From IMG/VR virus record IMGVR_UViG_3300010882_000012: a stretch of DNA of 64,000 bases; one strand, written 5' to 3'. Shown piece after piece: positions 1 to 9,975 of the stretch. The DNA is from a virus (lineage: Duplodnaviria; Caudoviricetes). A program made the translations under genes and the position numbers. The notes below the pieces were generated by a model that did not search any database, was not told where the DNA came from, and was given only the letters and a program-made list of their open reading frames with translations. Every line of letters starts with the position of its first letter. Position 1 is the stretch's first letter.

Positions 1-131
1 TGGTGCGAAAAATTAAACGTTAAATTTCGTTCCGTAAATCCATTCGCACCGTGTGCCGGATAATAATCTTTCAGAAATCTTTCGTAAGATTGTACTGTGT
101 TGTCAAATACTGTTTTAATGATGTCTTGCAT
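1..131 (-). CDS. Hypothetical protein, 5' part only (runs off window); not in ORF track
   Basis: ATG at 131 opens MQDIIKTVFDNTVQSYERFLKDYYPAHGANGFTERNLTFNFSH with no stop to position 1. Confidence 0.6.
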   Translation of the reverse strand, partial: MQDIIKTVFDNTVQSYERFLKDYYPAHGANGFTERNLTFNFSH

Positions 132-231
132 GGTTACGTTTTTAAAATTGGAGTACAATAACAATCTACCTTAAACTTAAAAGATAGACTATTTATTTTT
201 AGTACATCTGTAAGACTTATAAAATTTTTAT

Positions 232-1077
232 ATGTATATTTATAAAATTATTAATTTAATTAATAATAAAATTTATATAGGTCAATCTCAATTTGATTTT
301 AATAAGACAATAAATTATTTAGGTTCTGGAAATAAATTAAAATTGGCTTTTAAAAAATATGGTAAAGAAAATTTTAAAAAAGAAATTTTGGAATTTTGTA
401 ATACTAAAGAGGATCTTAATGACAGAGAAAAATTTTGGATTAAAGAATTAAATTCTCAAAATAGAATTATTGGTTATAATATTTTACCAGGTGGATATAA
501 TAAAAAAGATTTAAAACTTTTAGAAGAAACTAAACAAAAAATTAGTGAAGCAAATAAAGGTAAAAAAAGAACTGAAGAGCAACGAAAGAATATTAGTGAA
601 GGACATAAAGGAAAGAAAAGAGATTTAGAAGTAGTATTAAAAATTGCAAATTCAAATAAGGGGAAAAAACGAACAGAAGAACAACGCCAAAAAATTAGTA
701 AAGCAAATAAAGGTAAAAAACGAACCGAAGAGCAACGAAAAAAGAATAGCGAACTTAATAAAGGAAAAATACTTTCTGAAGAAACTAAACAAAAAATTAG
801 TGAAGGACGTAAAGGAATAAAAAATTCTATAGAATCTATTCAAAAAGGAATAGAAACAAAAAAGAAAAATGGTACTAATATTTGTAAAGAAGAAACCAAA
901 CAAAAATTAAGTATTTCTCATAAAGGAAAGAAAAAAGGAGAACCTACCGAAGAAACTAAACAAAAAATTAGTGAAGCAAATAAAGGTAAAAAAAGAACTG
1001 AAGAGCAACGAAAGAATATTAGTGAAGGACATAAAGGACAAATTCCATGGAATAAAGGATTAAAATTAAAGAAATAA
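232..1077 (+). CDS. Free-standing GIY-YIG homing endonuclease with NUMOD3-type DNA-binding repeats (Seg-like)
   Basis: YIYKIIN...IYIGQS, REKFWI, GYN motifs; repeated [15 protein letters not shown] units. Confidence 0.92.
   Translation: MYIYKIINLINNKIYIGQSQFDFNKTINYLGSGNKLKLAFKKYGKENFKKEILEFCNTKEDLNDREKFWIKELNSQNRIIGYNILPGGYNKKDLKLLEETKQKISEANKGKKRTEEQRKNISEGHKGKKRDLEVVLKIANSNKGKKRTEEQRQKISKANKGKKRTEEQRKKNSELNKGKILSEETKQKISEGRKGIKNSIESIQKGIETKKKNGTNICKEETKQKLSISHKGKKKGEPTEETKQKISEANKGKKRTEEQRKNISEGHKGQIPWNKGLKLKK
523..1038 (+). repeat. Exact 90-nt direct repeat (523-612 and 949-1038) plus degenerate copies encoding NUMOD3-type units
   Basis: gaagaaactaaacaaaaaattagtgaagca...ggacataaagga occurs twice. 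Confidence 0.9.
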
Positions 1078-1078
1078 T

Positions 1079-1303
1079 ATGAATTTAAATGAAATAGAAA
1101 AAATTCAACTCGATGAAGAAGAATTAGAATTTTTAGAATGTTTTAGACAAGAAAAGAAATTAGCAGAATTACTTTATGAGAAACTACAAAAAGAAGGAAC
1201 TTTAAGTTTTGAATTACTTTATAGATCTTTAATAATAATAGCAGAAGAAAATCATAAAGTAGGCTATGATAATGGATGGGAAGATGCAAATAAAAATGAA
1301 TAA
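1079..1303 (+). CDS. Hypothetical protein
   Basis: 74-aa ORF packed in operon orientation. Confidence 0.6.
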   Translation: MNLNEIEKIQLDEEELEFLECFRQEKKLAELLYEKLQKEGTLSFELLYRSLIIIAEENHKVGYDNGWEDANKNE

Positions 1304-1306
1304 TTA

Positions 1307-1335
1307 AAAACTTTTTAACAGTTTCGAATACTAAT
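1307..1335 (+). promoter_or_regulatory. Putative middle-class promoter AAAACTTTT-N13-TACTAAT
   Basis: Motif recurs upstream of five gene blocks. Confidence 0.6.
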
Positions 1336-1428
1336 TAAAAATGAGGTAGAGATAAAGCTCTATCAAAACCTTAATAAAGAGTTTGGGGGAGGTGCCCAAT
1401 CGAAAAAACTAAAATTACTTTAAATGAA

Positions 1429-2415
1429 ATGGCAAGTGAAATGGATTTCTTCAATTTAACAGTTGAAGATTTTGACAAACCAGAACAAAAGAAAAGTTGG
1501 AATTCGGAAGATCTTTACAAACCGAGTCCTAAAAATGCAAAAGGAAACACAGGTGTTTACAAAGCGGTATTAAGATTTTTACCAAATCCAGTGGATCCAA
1601 AAAACAAATCAATTCTCTCTAAATGGTCAGTATTTTTAACAAATCCTGATACACAACAAAAACGAAGTGTAGATTGTCCGTCAACTATTGGTGAAAAATC
1701 AATTATTCAAGATGTTTTCTTTAAGCTTAAGAAATCAAATTCTGTAGCAGATCAAGAATTGTCTAAAGAATTTTCACGTACACAAAAATTCACATCTTTA
1801 GTACTCATAGTAGAAGACAAAAATAATCCTGATCTTGAAGGTAAGATTATGGTATGGCAATATGGTGTGAAAGTACATGATAAAATTAAAGCCTTAATTA
1901 AACCAGAATTTGGAAAACCTTGTATTCCATTTGATCTTTTTGAAGCTAAAGATTTCTTTTTATCGGTTAAAACTGTTAACAAATTTCCAAATTATGATGA
2001 CTCTTACTTTTTAGAAGAAAGAACACCATTAACGTTAAATGGAATTACATGTGATAAAGACAACCAAACAAGTACTAAAAAAGTAATTGAGTACTTGAAA
2101 GAAAATGCACCAGATCTTAGTACCTATGATTATCAACCATGGACAGATGAAATTAGAAACTTTGTGAATGATTGTATTAAAGCAATAGTTCCAGCTGGAA
2201 GAGTTGCAAGTGAAGTAGCAAAATATTCACAAGAATCAAGAAGTGCAAGTGCAAGTGCATCAAAAGTTGAAGAAAAAGTTGAAGTAAAACCAACTAAAAA
2301 AGTAGAAATACCTGAAATTCCTATCAAAAGTGCAGATTTGACAGAAGATGATATGAAATTTGATGATATGGATTTAGATGGAGACTTTGATGAAGAACTT
2401 TATAACAGTTTGTAA
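1429..2415 (+). CDS. gp32: Single-stranded DNA-binding protein (T4 gp32-like)
   Basis: AVLRFLP, DCPSTIG, GKIMVWQYG, PFDLFE, NYDDSYF motifs; acidic C-terminal tail. Confidence 0.9.
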   Translation: MASEMDFFNLTVEDFDKPEQKKSWNSEDLYKPSPKNAKGNTGVYKAVLRFLPNPVDPKNKSILSKWSVFLTNPDTQQKRSVDCPSTIGEKSIIQDVFFKLKKSNSVADQELSKEFSRTQKFTSLVLIVEDKNNPDLEGKIMVWQYGVKVHDKIKALIKPEFGKPCIPFDLFEAKDFFLSVKTVNKFPNYDDSYFLEERTPLTLNGITCDKDNQTSTKKVIEYLKENAPDLSTYDYQPWTDEIRNFVNDCIKAIVPAGRVASEVAKYSQESRSASASASKVEEKVEVKPTKKVEIPEIPIKSADLTEDDMKFDDMDLDGDFDEELYNSL

Positions 2416-2437
2416 TCTGACAAATGAAAATAATATC

Positions 2438-2472
2438 AAAGCCGATTATCTTACAAGGTGGTCGGCTTTTTT
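2438..2472 (+). terminator. Rho-independent terminator after gp32
   Basis: AAAGCCGAT...GTCGGCTTT stem followed by T run. Confidence 0.8.
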
Positions 2473-2489
2473 AGAAAATTTTCAATTAT

Positions 2490-3599
2490 ATGAATATTTT
2501 AGATTTTAATTTTGAAATTTCAAATTTTGAAGAAAATGTTATTCCTGAAAATTTTAAAGATAAAATTATATCTTTAATACAAGAAATTTTAAATGAACAG
2601 TTTTCTATTTTTCAAAAAAGAAAAATTAGAATTAAAAGAGATCGTTTAAATTTTAGTTGTCCATATTGTGGAGATAGTGCAACAGATTCTTCAAAAAAGC
2701 GAGGAAATCTCTATTTAAAAAATTTGTCTGTTTATTGCTACAATTGTAATCATCATACATCATTACAAAAGTTTCTTAAAGATTTTGGAAAATCATTAGT
2801 AGGTAATGATTTAGTTTATGCTAAAAAATTACAAGAAGAAAACAAACAGTTTTTATCACATCGCCAACAAATTGATAATTCTTTCTTTTTTGATGAAACA
2901 ATTTTAGATGAGTTTGCTATTGATAAAAGGGTAATTTTTGAAGCATACAATTTAATAGAGATTAATCATCCACAAGCTAATTGGATTAGAAAATATCTTG
3001 AAGACAGATTACAAACTAATTTTAGTAATTTTGGTTGGGATAAAGAAAGAAACAGACTTTTCATTTTTAATTTTACGAGTTCTGGTAAAGTATTAGGATT
3101 TCAAATTAGGAATTTCAAACAGGAACCTAAGTATATTACCAAAACCTTGCAAATTTTATATGAAGAATTAGGAATTGAACATGAAAAAGAAGACGAAGAA
3201 AGTGAATTTGAAGAAGTAAATCGACTTTCATTTTTGTTTGGTTTGAGTACAACCGATTTTAAAAAACCCGTTTTTGCATTTGAAGGTCCACTTGATTCTT
3301 TCTTAATTAGTAATGCTATAAGTACTTGTGGAACTAATAACGAGTTACCATTTTTCATGAGTAATCTTTACTTTATCTATGATAAGGATAAACCGGGAAC
3401 AAAAAAATCAATTGAAAAACTTAATGCAAAATGTAATGTTTTTCTTTGGTCTAAGTTTTTAAAAGCCATAGAATATCCTGAAACATCAAAAAAAATTGAT
3501 TTTACAGACATCATGAAATGGAGTATAGAAAATAATGTGGAATTACCATCTTTGTTGGGATTTTTTGGCAATCATCCACTTGATATTTGGGAATTATGA
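2490..3599 (+). CDS. gp61: DNA primase (T4 gp61-like)
   Basis: Zn finger CPYCGD...CYNC; TOPRIM motifs FEGPLDS and YDKD. Confidence 0.88.
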   Translation: MNILDFNFEISNFEENVIPENFKDKIISLIQEILNEQFSIFQKRKIRIKRDRLNFSCPYCGDSATDSSKKRGNLYLKNLSVYCYNCNHHTSLQKFLKDFGKSLVGNDLVYAKKLQEENKQFLSHRQQIDNSFFFDETILDEFAIDKRVIFEAYNLIEINHPQANWIRKYLEDRLQTNFSNFGWDKERNRLFIFNFTSSGKVLGFQIRNFKQEPKYITKTLQILYEELGIEHEKEDEESEFEEVNRLSFLFGLSTTDFKKPVFAFEGPLDSFLISNAISTCGTNNELPFFMSNLYFIYDKDKPGTKKSIEKLNAKCNVFLWSKFLKAIEYPETSKKIDFTDIMKWSIENNVELPSLLGFFGNHPLDIWEL

Positions 3600-3793
3600 G
3601 TGAGGAAAAGTACTTAAAAGAACTTGATGATTATTGTAAACCAAAGGAATATTTGAAAGCTCCTGTTAAAATGAAAATTATGGACTTAGAATCAGTAGAG
3701 GTAAAATTTAGAATAGATAGTATTGTAGAGACAAAAGAAAAAATTAAAGTAAAACATGATAGAAGAGGAAAATCTGGAAAACAACTATTCTGA
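3587..3793 (+). CDS. Hypothetical protein ending in KQLF
   Basis: 68-aa ORF overlapping both neighbours. Confidence 0.55.
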   Translation: MGIMSEEKYLKELDDYCKPKEYLKAPVKMKIMDLESVEVKFRIDSIVETKEKIKVKHDRRGKSGKQLF

Positions 3794-4232
3794 AAAAGAA
3801 ATTGATAAAAAAGAACAATTATATGAAAGGTTTGCAAGAGAAAGAATAGAGTGGTATGAAAAAATAGATGAAATGACAAGAAAATTAAGAGACATCTATC
3901 AAGTTTCAGAAGTATTGGTTGATGTTCTTAGTGCTCGTCAAAAATTACTTGATTATCAGCATACTATTTTTGGAAATCTTAGTAAAGTTAATGCAAATCT
4001 CAGAGATGCAAAACGTAAAAAGTTCATTCATTATACTACAGAATCGGATCTTCGTTTAGATAAAGAGAAAAATCTTTTTATTGAAACAGATCTTAAGAAA
4101 CAGATACTACTACAAGAATTATTAGACTCTCATTTAAAGTTTATCAGAGAAACTATTGAAACATGCGATCGCATACACTATTCTGTAAAATGGAAAATAC
4201 AGTTAGAAGAATATCGTAGAAGTAACAATTAA
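3756..4232 (+). CDS. Probable recombination mediator (UvsY-like)
   Basis: 158-aa helical/coiled-coil protein next to uvsW; C-terminal pattern resembles UvsY. Confidence 0.5.
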   Translation: MIEEENLENNYSEKEIDKKEQLYERFARERIEWYEKIDEMTRKLRDIYQVSEVLVDVLSARQKLLDYQHTIFGNLSKVNANLRDAKRKKFIHYTTESDLRLDKEKNLFIETDLKKQILLQELLDSHLKFIRETIETCDRIHYSVKWKIQLEEYRRSNN

Positions 4233-4246
4233 AATTAAGAAAGAAT

Positions 4247-5782
4247 TTGAAAGTAAGAATTTGTACCGAAAATCCCAATTTTTTACAAATCTATGAAGCA
4301 ACAGACAAAGAATTGACACAAATAGAATACAGTTTTAAGCCATTTGTAGATAATTATCGTTTTAATCCTAAGTATAAAAGAGGAATTTGGGATGGAAGAA
4401 TTTCATTTTATTCAAAACATAAAAGATTGATTCCAATTGGTCTTTGGAATCAACTTTGTGTTGTTGCTAAAGAATTTGATTTTGAATGTTTTATAGAAGA
4501 TATCGATGAAATTGTTGATCAAAATTTTATTTTTGAAGAATTTGAAGAATGGATACGAGATTTTTTTAAAGATCATCCATTATATTGTATCGGGGGCGAA
4601 AAAGAAGTTAGAGATTATCAAATAAAATCAGCATTTAATATATTACAATTTCGATTATCAACATCAGAAATTGCAACATCCGCAGGGAAAACTTTAATTA
4701 TGTTTATAGTTTTTGCTTATCTCTTTTCAACTAATAAGATTAAAAATTATCTAATTATAGTTCCTACTACTTCTTTGATTTTACAAGGGATGGAAGATTT
4801 TGAAGAGTATAATAATGGAAAATTAAAGTTTGATATTTTACCGGTACATGCGGGAACTAAAAAAGACAGAACAGGATATGAGATAATTTTTGGTACTTTT
4901 CAATCTTTGACAAAACAAGAAACGGAATGGTTTGCTGATATTGATGTGATTTGTGTAGATGAATGTCACACAGCTCAAAATCAATCAATTAGAGATATAA
5001 TTTCAAAATGTCCTGGATTAAAATATCGGTATGGATTATCGGGAACGGCAAAAAAACATCCAAATAGTGCAAATCACTATACATTACAAGCATATTTAGG
5101 TCCTTATGTTAATGACATCTCAGCTAAGTTTTTAATAGATAACAAGTTTGCTACTCAAGTTTTTGTTAAGGTAGTAAGAATGAACTATCTTGAAGATGAT
5201 ATCAAGAAAAAACTACAAGAACTTAGATACAAGAGACATGAAATTGAAGGTACAAAGTTACTTAATATTGAAAAAAAGTTAGTAATTGACAATAGAAAAC
5301 GTTTTCTTTATGTTACTGATTTTATTTCTAAAGCAACTAAAAATTCTTTAGTTTTATTTGCTGATATTAAGTATGGTTATGGACGAAAGATTTATGATTG
5401 GCTGCGACAAAATACAGATAAAACAGTTTATTATATTGATGGAGATACTAGTACAAAAAACAGAGATTTATATTTTTCTGAAATGGAAGAAGGAAATAAT
5501 AAAATTTTAGTTGCAAGTTTTTTAACTTGTAGTCAAGGAATTTCTATAAATAATTTACATAATCTTTTTTTAGTAGAAAGTTATAAATCCGATAAAATTA
5601 TCCGGCAATCAATTGGGCGTGGTATGCGTAAACAGAAAAATAAAGAAAGAACTACAATCATTGACTTTTGTGATGATTTTTCAATGAAAACACAAGGATA
5701 TCTTAGAAAACACTCGGAAGAACGAATTCAAACATACAAAGAGCAAGGATTTCCTTTTAAAATTTTTGAAGTGAACTACTAA
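4247..5782 (+). CDS. uvsW: SF2 DNA helicase UvsW
   Basis: WDGRI, RDYQ, ATSAGKT, DECH, GLSGT, QSIGRGMR. Confidence 0.93.
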   Translation: MKVRICTENPNFLQIYEATDKELTQIEYSFKPFVDNYRFNPKYKRGIWDGRISFYSKHKRLIPIGLWNQLCVVAKEFDFECFIEDIDEIVDQNFIFEEFEEWIRDFFKDHPLYCIGGEKEVRDYQIKSAFNILQFRLSTSEIATSAGKTLIMFIVFAYLFSTNKIKNYLIIVPTTSLILQGMEDFEEYNNGKLKFDILPVHAGTKKDRTGYEIIFGTFQSLTKQETEWFADIDVICVDECHTAQNQSIRDIISKCPGLKYRYGLSGTAKKHPNSANHYTLQAYLGPYVNDISAKFLIDNKFATQVFVKVVRMNYLEDDIKKKLQELRYKRHEIEGTKLLNIEKKLVIDNRKRFLYVTDFISKATKNSLVLFADIKYGYGRKIYDWLRQNTDKTVYYIDGDTSTKNRDLYFSEMEEGNNKILVASFLTCSQGISINNLHNLFLVESYKSDKIIRQSIGRGMRKQKNKERTTIIDFCDDFSMKTQGYLRKHSEERIQTYKEQGFPFKIFEVNY

Positions 5783-5784
5783 AG

Positions 5785-6792
5785 ATGATAATTAATAATT
5801 GCAAAATAGACCTGTACAATCAAGATTGTTTCAAGGTCTTTTCTAATTTAAAAGATGGTTCAGTTCATCTTGCCATAGTTGATCCTCCTTATGGAATTTC
5901 AATGAAAAACAGTCATTCAGATGATGTTCAAGATTGGGATAAGTTTGAAAAAGAAGAGTTTGTTAAATTCACAACCAAGTGGCTTAATGAACTTTACAGA
6001 GTTTTAACTCCTAATGGAAGCTGCTGGATTTTTTTCGGTCCTACTATGATACATGAAATGTTTGATGCTATTGCACAAACTAAGTTTCACAATTTGTTAG
6101 AAAATTGGATTTGTTATGCAAGAAACAAAGGAAGAGGTGCTAGCAAAAAATTAAAATCATTAAGAGAGGATATCTTCCACTTAGTTAAGGATCCAAAAGA
6201 CTACACTTTTCACAGTGAAGAGTATTTGCGAAGAGTAGTTGCGCCTTATGTTTTAAAAGGTGGAGAAAAAAGAGGATGGGATTATAGAGATGGAGTTCCT
6301 ATGCGCTATACAGGATTAGGAAACATTATGGCTTTTTCTGAGTATGAATCGCGAAAAGGTGCAAAACCAAAAGGGTGGGTTCCTGATATTTCAACAGGAG
6401 AACCATTACAGTTTTCCGGTGAACCTACTGATGTTTGTTTCTTTACACCACCTACTTATCATCATAGATTTGAAAAACAAGTGCATACATGTCAAAAACC
6501 GGTGCAACTATTAACTATGCTAATTTTGATGAGTTCTAAAATGGGTGAAACAGTAATTGATCCGTTTATGGGAAGTGGAAGTACGGGAGTTGCGGCAGTG
6601 ATTGGAGATAGGAATTTTATTGGTATTGAAATGAGTACTGATGTTTTTAATAAAGCAAAGAATTGGTTAGAAAACATCAATTTTAGAGAAGCAGAAAAAT
6701 ACTTAAAGGACCATATCTCAAGTTCTGAAGAAAACTCAAAGTTTCATTATAGTAAAAGAGATTTCATGCCCAAGTTAAAGAAGTTGTTTTAA
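5785..6792 (+). CDS. DNA amino-methyltransferase (beta class, N6A/N4C)
   Basis: DPPY precedes HTCQKP and DPFMGSGSTG. Confidence 0.9.
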   Translation: MIINNCKIDLYNQDCFKVFSNLKDGSVHLAIVDPPYGISMKNSHSDDVQDWDKFEKEEFVKFTTKWLNELYRVLTPNGSCWIFFGPTMIHEMFDAIAQTKFHNLLENWICYARNKGRGASKKLKSLREDIFHLVKDPKDYTFHSEEYLRRVVAPYVLKGGEKRGWDYRDGVPMRYTGLGNIMAFSEYESRKGAKPKGWVPDISTGEPLQFSGEPTDVCFFTPPTYHHRFEKQVHTCQKPVQLLTMLILMSSKMGETVIDPFMGSGSTGVAAVIGDRNFIGIEMSTDVFNKAKNWLENINFREAEKYLKDHISSSEENSKFHYSKRDFMPKLKKLF

Positions 6793-6807
6793 TAATAGAA
6801 AACTTGC

Positions 6808-6833
6808 AAAATAATCTGGAATAAATAGTAAAA
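6808..6833 (+). promoter_or_regulatory. Putative late promoter AAAATAATCTGGAATAAATAGTAAAA
   Basis: Eight related copies, mostly before structural genes; core resembles T4 late TATAAATA. Confidence 0.8.
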
Positions 6834-6847
6834 AATAGTGTATATCA

Positions 6848-7603
6848 ATGTTAAGAAAAATTAAATCCATAGATGAGTTCATCAACGAGAATTTGCAACA
6901 AAAAGTAAATGAAGAGTTGTATGATAGAACAGTTAATTTAAAATCTTTTAGACCTGAAGAGCAAAATTTCATTAGAAGAGTTTTGAATTTTGACAGTAAT
7001 GTGAAAGAAGTGTATGCTGTTAGTAATACTTTAGGAGTACAAAAGAAAGATTTTGCTAAAGTTACTAAAAGTTTGGGAAGCATACTTGAAGGACCAGTTA
7101 ATATTGAAGGTGTTACTTATACTGTTTATCAAGGAAATGGAAATAGTCCGGTAGTTGAATCAAAAAGTGGAAACAGTGTGATTTACTTAATGGATGCAGA
7201 TGCTATTTTAGAAGGACATCTTTTTGAAAGTGAAAATATTACACCAGAAGATTTGACAATTATTTTAGAAGCTTTACCAGAACTTGAAAAATTGATTTTT
7301 AAAAGAATTGGAATGAAAGTTAAACTTTCAGCAGAACTTAATCCAGGAAGAACGGATTCTTATATAAGAATTTCAAGCGGAGACTTGATGAAAGAATATG
7401 GAAATAATCCCATTGTTAAAGCATGTTTTGCAAAATGGAATCTTTATTTCTGGGGTGGTACCAAAATAAAAGATAATGAATTTTGGTTTAATCCAAAATG
7501 TAGTTATGAACATCCTTCAGGGGGACAAAATGGCACCGACTTTATTTGGGACAGTTTGTGGTTACAGAATGGTAAATGGGTAGAAGGAAGAGTAATTGTT
7601 TAA
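6848..7603 (+). CDS. Putative internal head protein with capsid-targeting-like N-terminus
   Basis: N-terminal KSIDEFINE; follows late promoter. Confidence 0.6.
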   Translation: MLRKIKSIDEFINENLQQKVNEELYDRTVNLKSFRPEEQNFIRRVLNFDSNVKEVYAVSNTLGVQKKDFAKVTKSLGSILEGPVNIEGVTYTVYQGNGNSPVVESKSGNSVIYLMDADAILEGHLFESENITPEDLTIILEALPELEKLIFKRIGMKVKLSAELNPGRTDSYIRISSGDLMKEYGNNPIVKACFAKWNLYFWGGTKIKDNEFWFNPKCSYEHPSGGQNGTDFIWDSLWLQNGKWVEGRVIV

Positions 7604-7631
7604 TAGCATATTTTAAAATAACAACAAACTA

Positions 7632-8099
7632 ATGAAGAAATTAACAGAAAGTTTAAAACAATACAGAGAAGAAAATCAAGAACAGTTTTTGTTGGAAAGG
7701 TACACTATTAGTAATAGTGATATAGCAGCAATTAAAAGATTGAAAAATTCTTATTTTGATGAACTTGATAAATTGACAATTCCTGCACGAGATTTTTTGA
7801 TGATGTTTTTTAATGCTATTAATGGAACTTTACCATTTTCTCAAAGATTTAATGCTATTACAGAAGGAAAAGTTAATTAAAATTATCCAACAGGAATTGA
7901 TGGAATTAGACAAAAAATGGCAGACTTTTTTAATGTTACTATTGGAAGTTTAAAACAGTTTAATTTTGATGGTACTGATGATTGGAAAAAGTTGACAAAA
8001 GCTTTAAATTCAACAAGCGAAGAAGGAACTAAGAATATTGTACGAGTAGCTTACAATGCAGCAATTAGAGATGGTGAAATAGATGGAACACCAATTTAA
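7632..8099 (+). pseudogene. Probable single gene interrupted by in-frame TAA at 7878-7880 (ORFs 7632-7880 and 7917-8099)
   Basis: Both ORFs share a frame and the 36 nt between are open (NYPTGIDGIRQK). Confidence 0.55.
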
Positions 8100-8122
8100 G
8101 GATAGTAAACAAAAAAAACACT

Positions 8123-8980
8123 ATGAACAGAAGAATTTCAACACTTGATGAATTCATCAATGAATCAAAACAAACAATAATTAATGAAGCTTTTGAGTCT
8201 AACATACTTAGAATAATGTCAAAAACTAAGATGTGGAGACAAATTAAAGATAGTATTAAGTTAAAATGGGATGAAATTAAAGATGATGATTTCATTCAAT
8301 TAGAACCGGTAGAAGCAGCAAAGAAAGCTAAAAAACAAGACGGTCAACATCCAATGGTAATTTTTTGGATGAATGGAAATGATTTACTCGGGGTTTCTAG
8401 AAATGATTGGGTAATGGTTACTGAATTTTATTACAAAAGCTATCGCTCAGGGGCTACACCAGTTTATCGTTCAGTTGATGCTATTAAAAGAGATTCAACT
8501 AACACTTACATAATTGATGATGCAAGGTACATTGAATTTAATGCTAATGATGTAAGACAAGAACGTTGGGCAAATAAGCAAGATGCTGAAGCTTTCAAAC
8601 AAAATTATGAAATTAAAAATGCTAATATCACAAGATACAAAGGAATTTTAGCAGAAAACAAAACTAAAAGATTGTTACCAGAAGAGGAAGAAATCAAAAC
8701 TATGGTAAAAGAAGTTTTCGAACATTACCAAACTTTGTTTGAAAAGTTAGTTGGTAGCCCGGATTGGTACAAAATTAAAAAATTGGGAGGTAAAATTGCT
8801 AATTTCTTAAATCTTTATAGTGAATTTACAAACAGAAGTACACAAGTTGCAGATTATAAAGCAAGAGGAAAAGAACCAGATGCTTATTATAATGATGAAT
8901 TAAGAAAGAATTACTTAGGTATTAAGCAAATTTTGTTAGAATTACAGAAAGAAAATGAAGAGCAAGTTGCCGCAGCTTAA
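8123..8980 (+). CDS. Putative internal head protein (CTS-like N-terminus)
   Basis: STLDEFINE then IINE. Confidence 0.6.
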   Translation: MNRRISTLDEFINESKQTIINEAFESNILRIMSKTKMWRQIKDSIKLKWDEIKDDDFIQLEPVEAAKKAKKQDGQHPMVIFWMNGNDLLGVSRNDWVMVTEFYYKSYRSGATPVYRSVDAIKRDSTNTYIIDDARYIEFNANDVRQERWANKQDAEAFKQNYEIKNANITRYKGILAENKTKRLLPEEEEIKTMVKEVFEHYQTLFEKLVGSPDWYKIKKLGGKIANFLNLYSEFTNRSTQVADYKARGKEPDAYYNDELRKNYLGIKQILLELQKENEEQVAAA

Positions 8981-8995
8981 AATAATGAGATAATA

Positions 8996-9304
8996 ATGAA
9001 GACTTTTAATGAATTTTTAACAGAAGCAAAAGAAGTAGATTATGATGGTGTTCTACTAAAAGATTTAGAAAAACTTTTGGATAAGTACCTTAATGATAAG
9101 ATTAAAACAAACGAAGAATTTGATGATGCTTTTTCAGCAGTTCTTAGTTTAATGCACATGGCTTTTAAAGTTGGTATGAAAATGCAATCCGTTGGTTATG
9201 TTGAAGTTACACCAGTTTTAGCAAAAGCTGAAAAAACTTTGAAATCTGATTTTAGAGTTTTTGATCAAGTTAAAAATAGTCCCGGCGGACTAAAATTCCA
9301 ATAA
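8996..9304 (+). CDS. Putative internal head protein (T4 IP-like CTS)
   Basis: MKTFNEFLTE versus T4 IPIII CTS MKTYQEFIAE. Confidence 0.65.
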   Translation: MKTFNEFLTEAKEVDYDGVLLKDLEKLLDKYLNDKIKTNEEFDDAFSAVLSLMHMAFKVGMKMQSVGYVEVTPVLAKAEKTLKSDFRVFDQVKNSPGGLKFQ

Positions 9305-9332
9305 GAATTAACTAAAATAACAAGATAGGAAA

Positions 9333-9956
9333 ATGAAACAAAGAGTTTTAAATTTAGACCAATTCATTGCTGAAGATAGTAGAATAGACAGAGAGCTTAA
9401 TTCATTAGTAGAAATAGCAGTAAATGAACAAGAAACAACAGAGCAATACAGAGAAACATGCAAATCAATTCTTAAAGAGAATTTTGGTGTTACTTCTATT
9501 GAAGTTTTGACTTTTGATCAAAAATCAAAGTATGTTGACATATTGAAATCAACAGACATGATTAAAGAAAGTATTGAAAGAGCAGAACAATTAGATGAGT
9601 CATTAAAAGAAGAGTATCAAACTTACTTTAGAGAATGCTTAAAAGGGTTTGGTATTAAAAATCTTAGCGAACTTACTAAAGAAACAAAACCTAAATTCTG
9701 GAAAACAGTAAAAGAAGGTTGGGAAAAAGGAAAAGGACGTAAAGAATCAGGTGAAAAGAAAATTGAAGAAGCTGAAATCAATGAAGCCGAAATTAAATCT
9801 GAAGAAGAATTCAGAAAATATGCAGAAGCTCGTTTAAAAAAGATGCACAAAGATGACTTTGATGAAACTAAAGCAAAGGAAACTATTGATGGATTATTAA
9901 AGAAAAAGAAAGAAGATAATCTTGAGTTTGGTGCTTTGGTGGGAATGTTAGGCTAA
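9333..9956 (+). CDS. Putative internal head protein (CTS-like N-terminus)
   Basis: NLDQFIAE; several internal (L/I/V)xE sites. Confidence 0.6.
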   Translation: MKQRVLNLDQFIAEDSRIDRELNSLVEIAVNEQETTEQYRETCKSILKENFGVTSIEVLTFDQKSKYVDILKSTDMIKESIERAEQLDESLKEEYQTYFRECLKGFGIKNLSELTKETKPKFWKTVKEGWEKGKGRKESGEKKIEEAEINEAEIKSEEEFRKYAEARLKKMHKDDFDETKAKETIDGLLKKKKEDNLEFGALVGMLG

Positions 9957-9975
9957 AAATTTAAATTACAATAGA

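Noticed and set aside
2-50. GGTGCGAA/TTCGCACC inverted repeat suggesting an ncRNA or group I intron around the GIY-YIG gene
   Set aside because: It lies within a plausible minus-strand CDS, and the next gene starts 1 nt after the endonuclease stop, leaving no room for an intron 3' core
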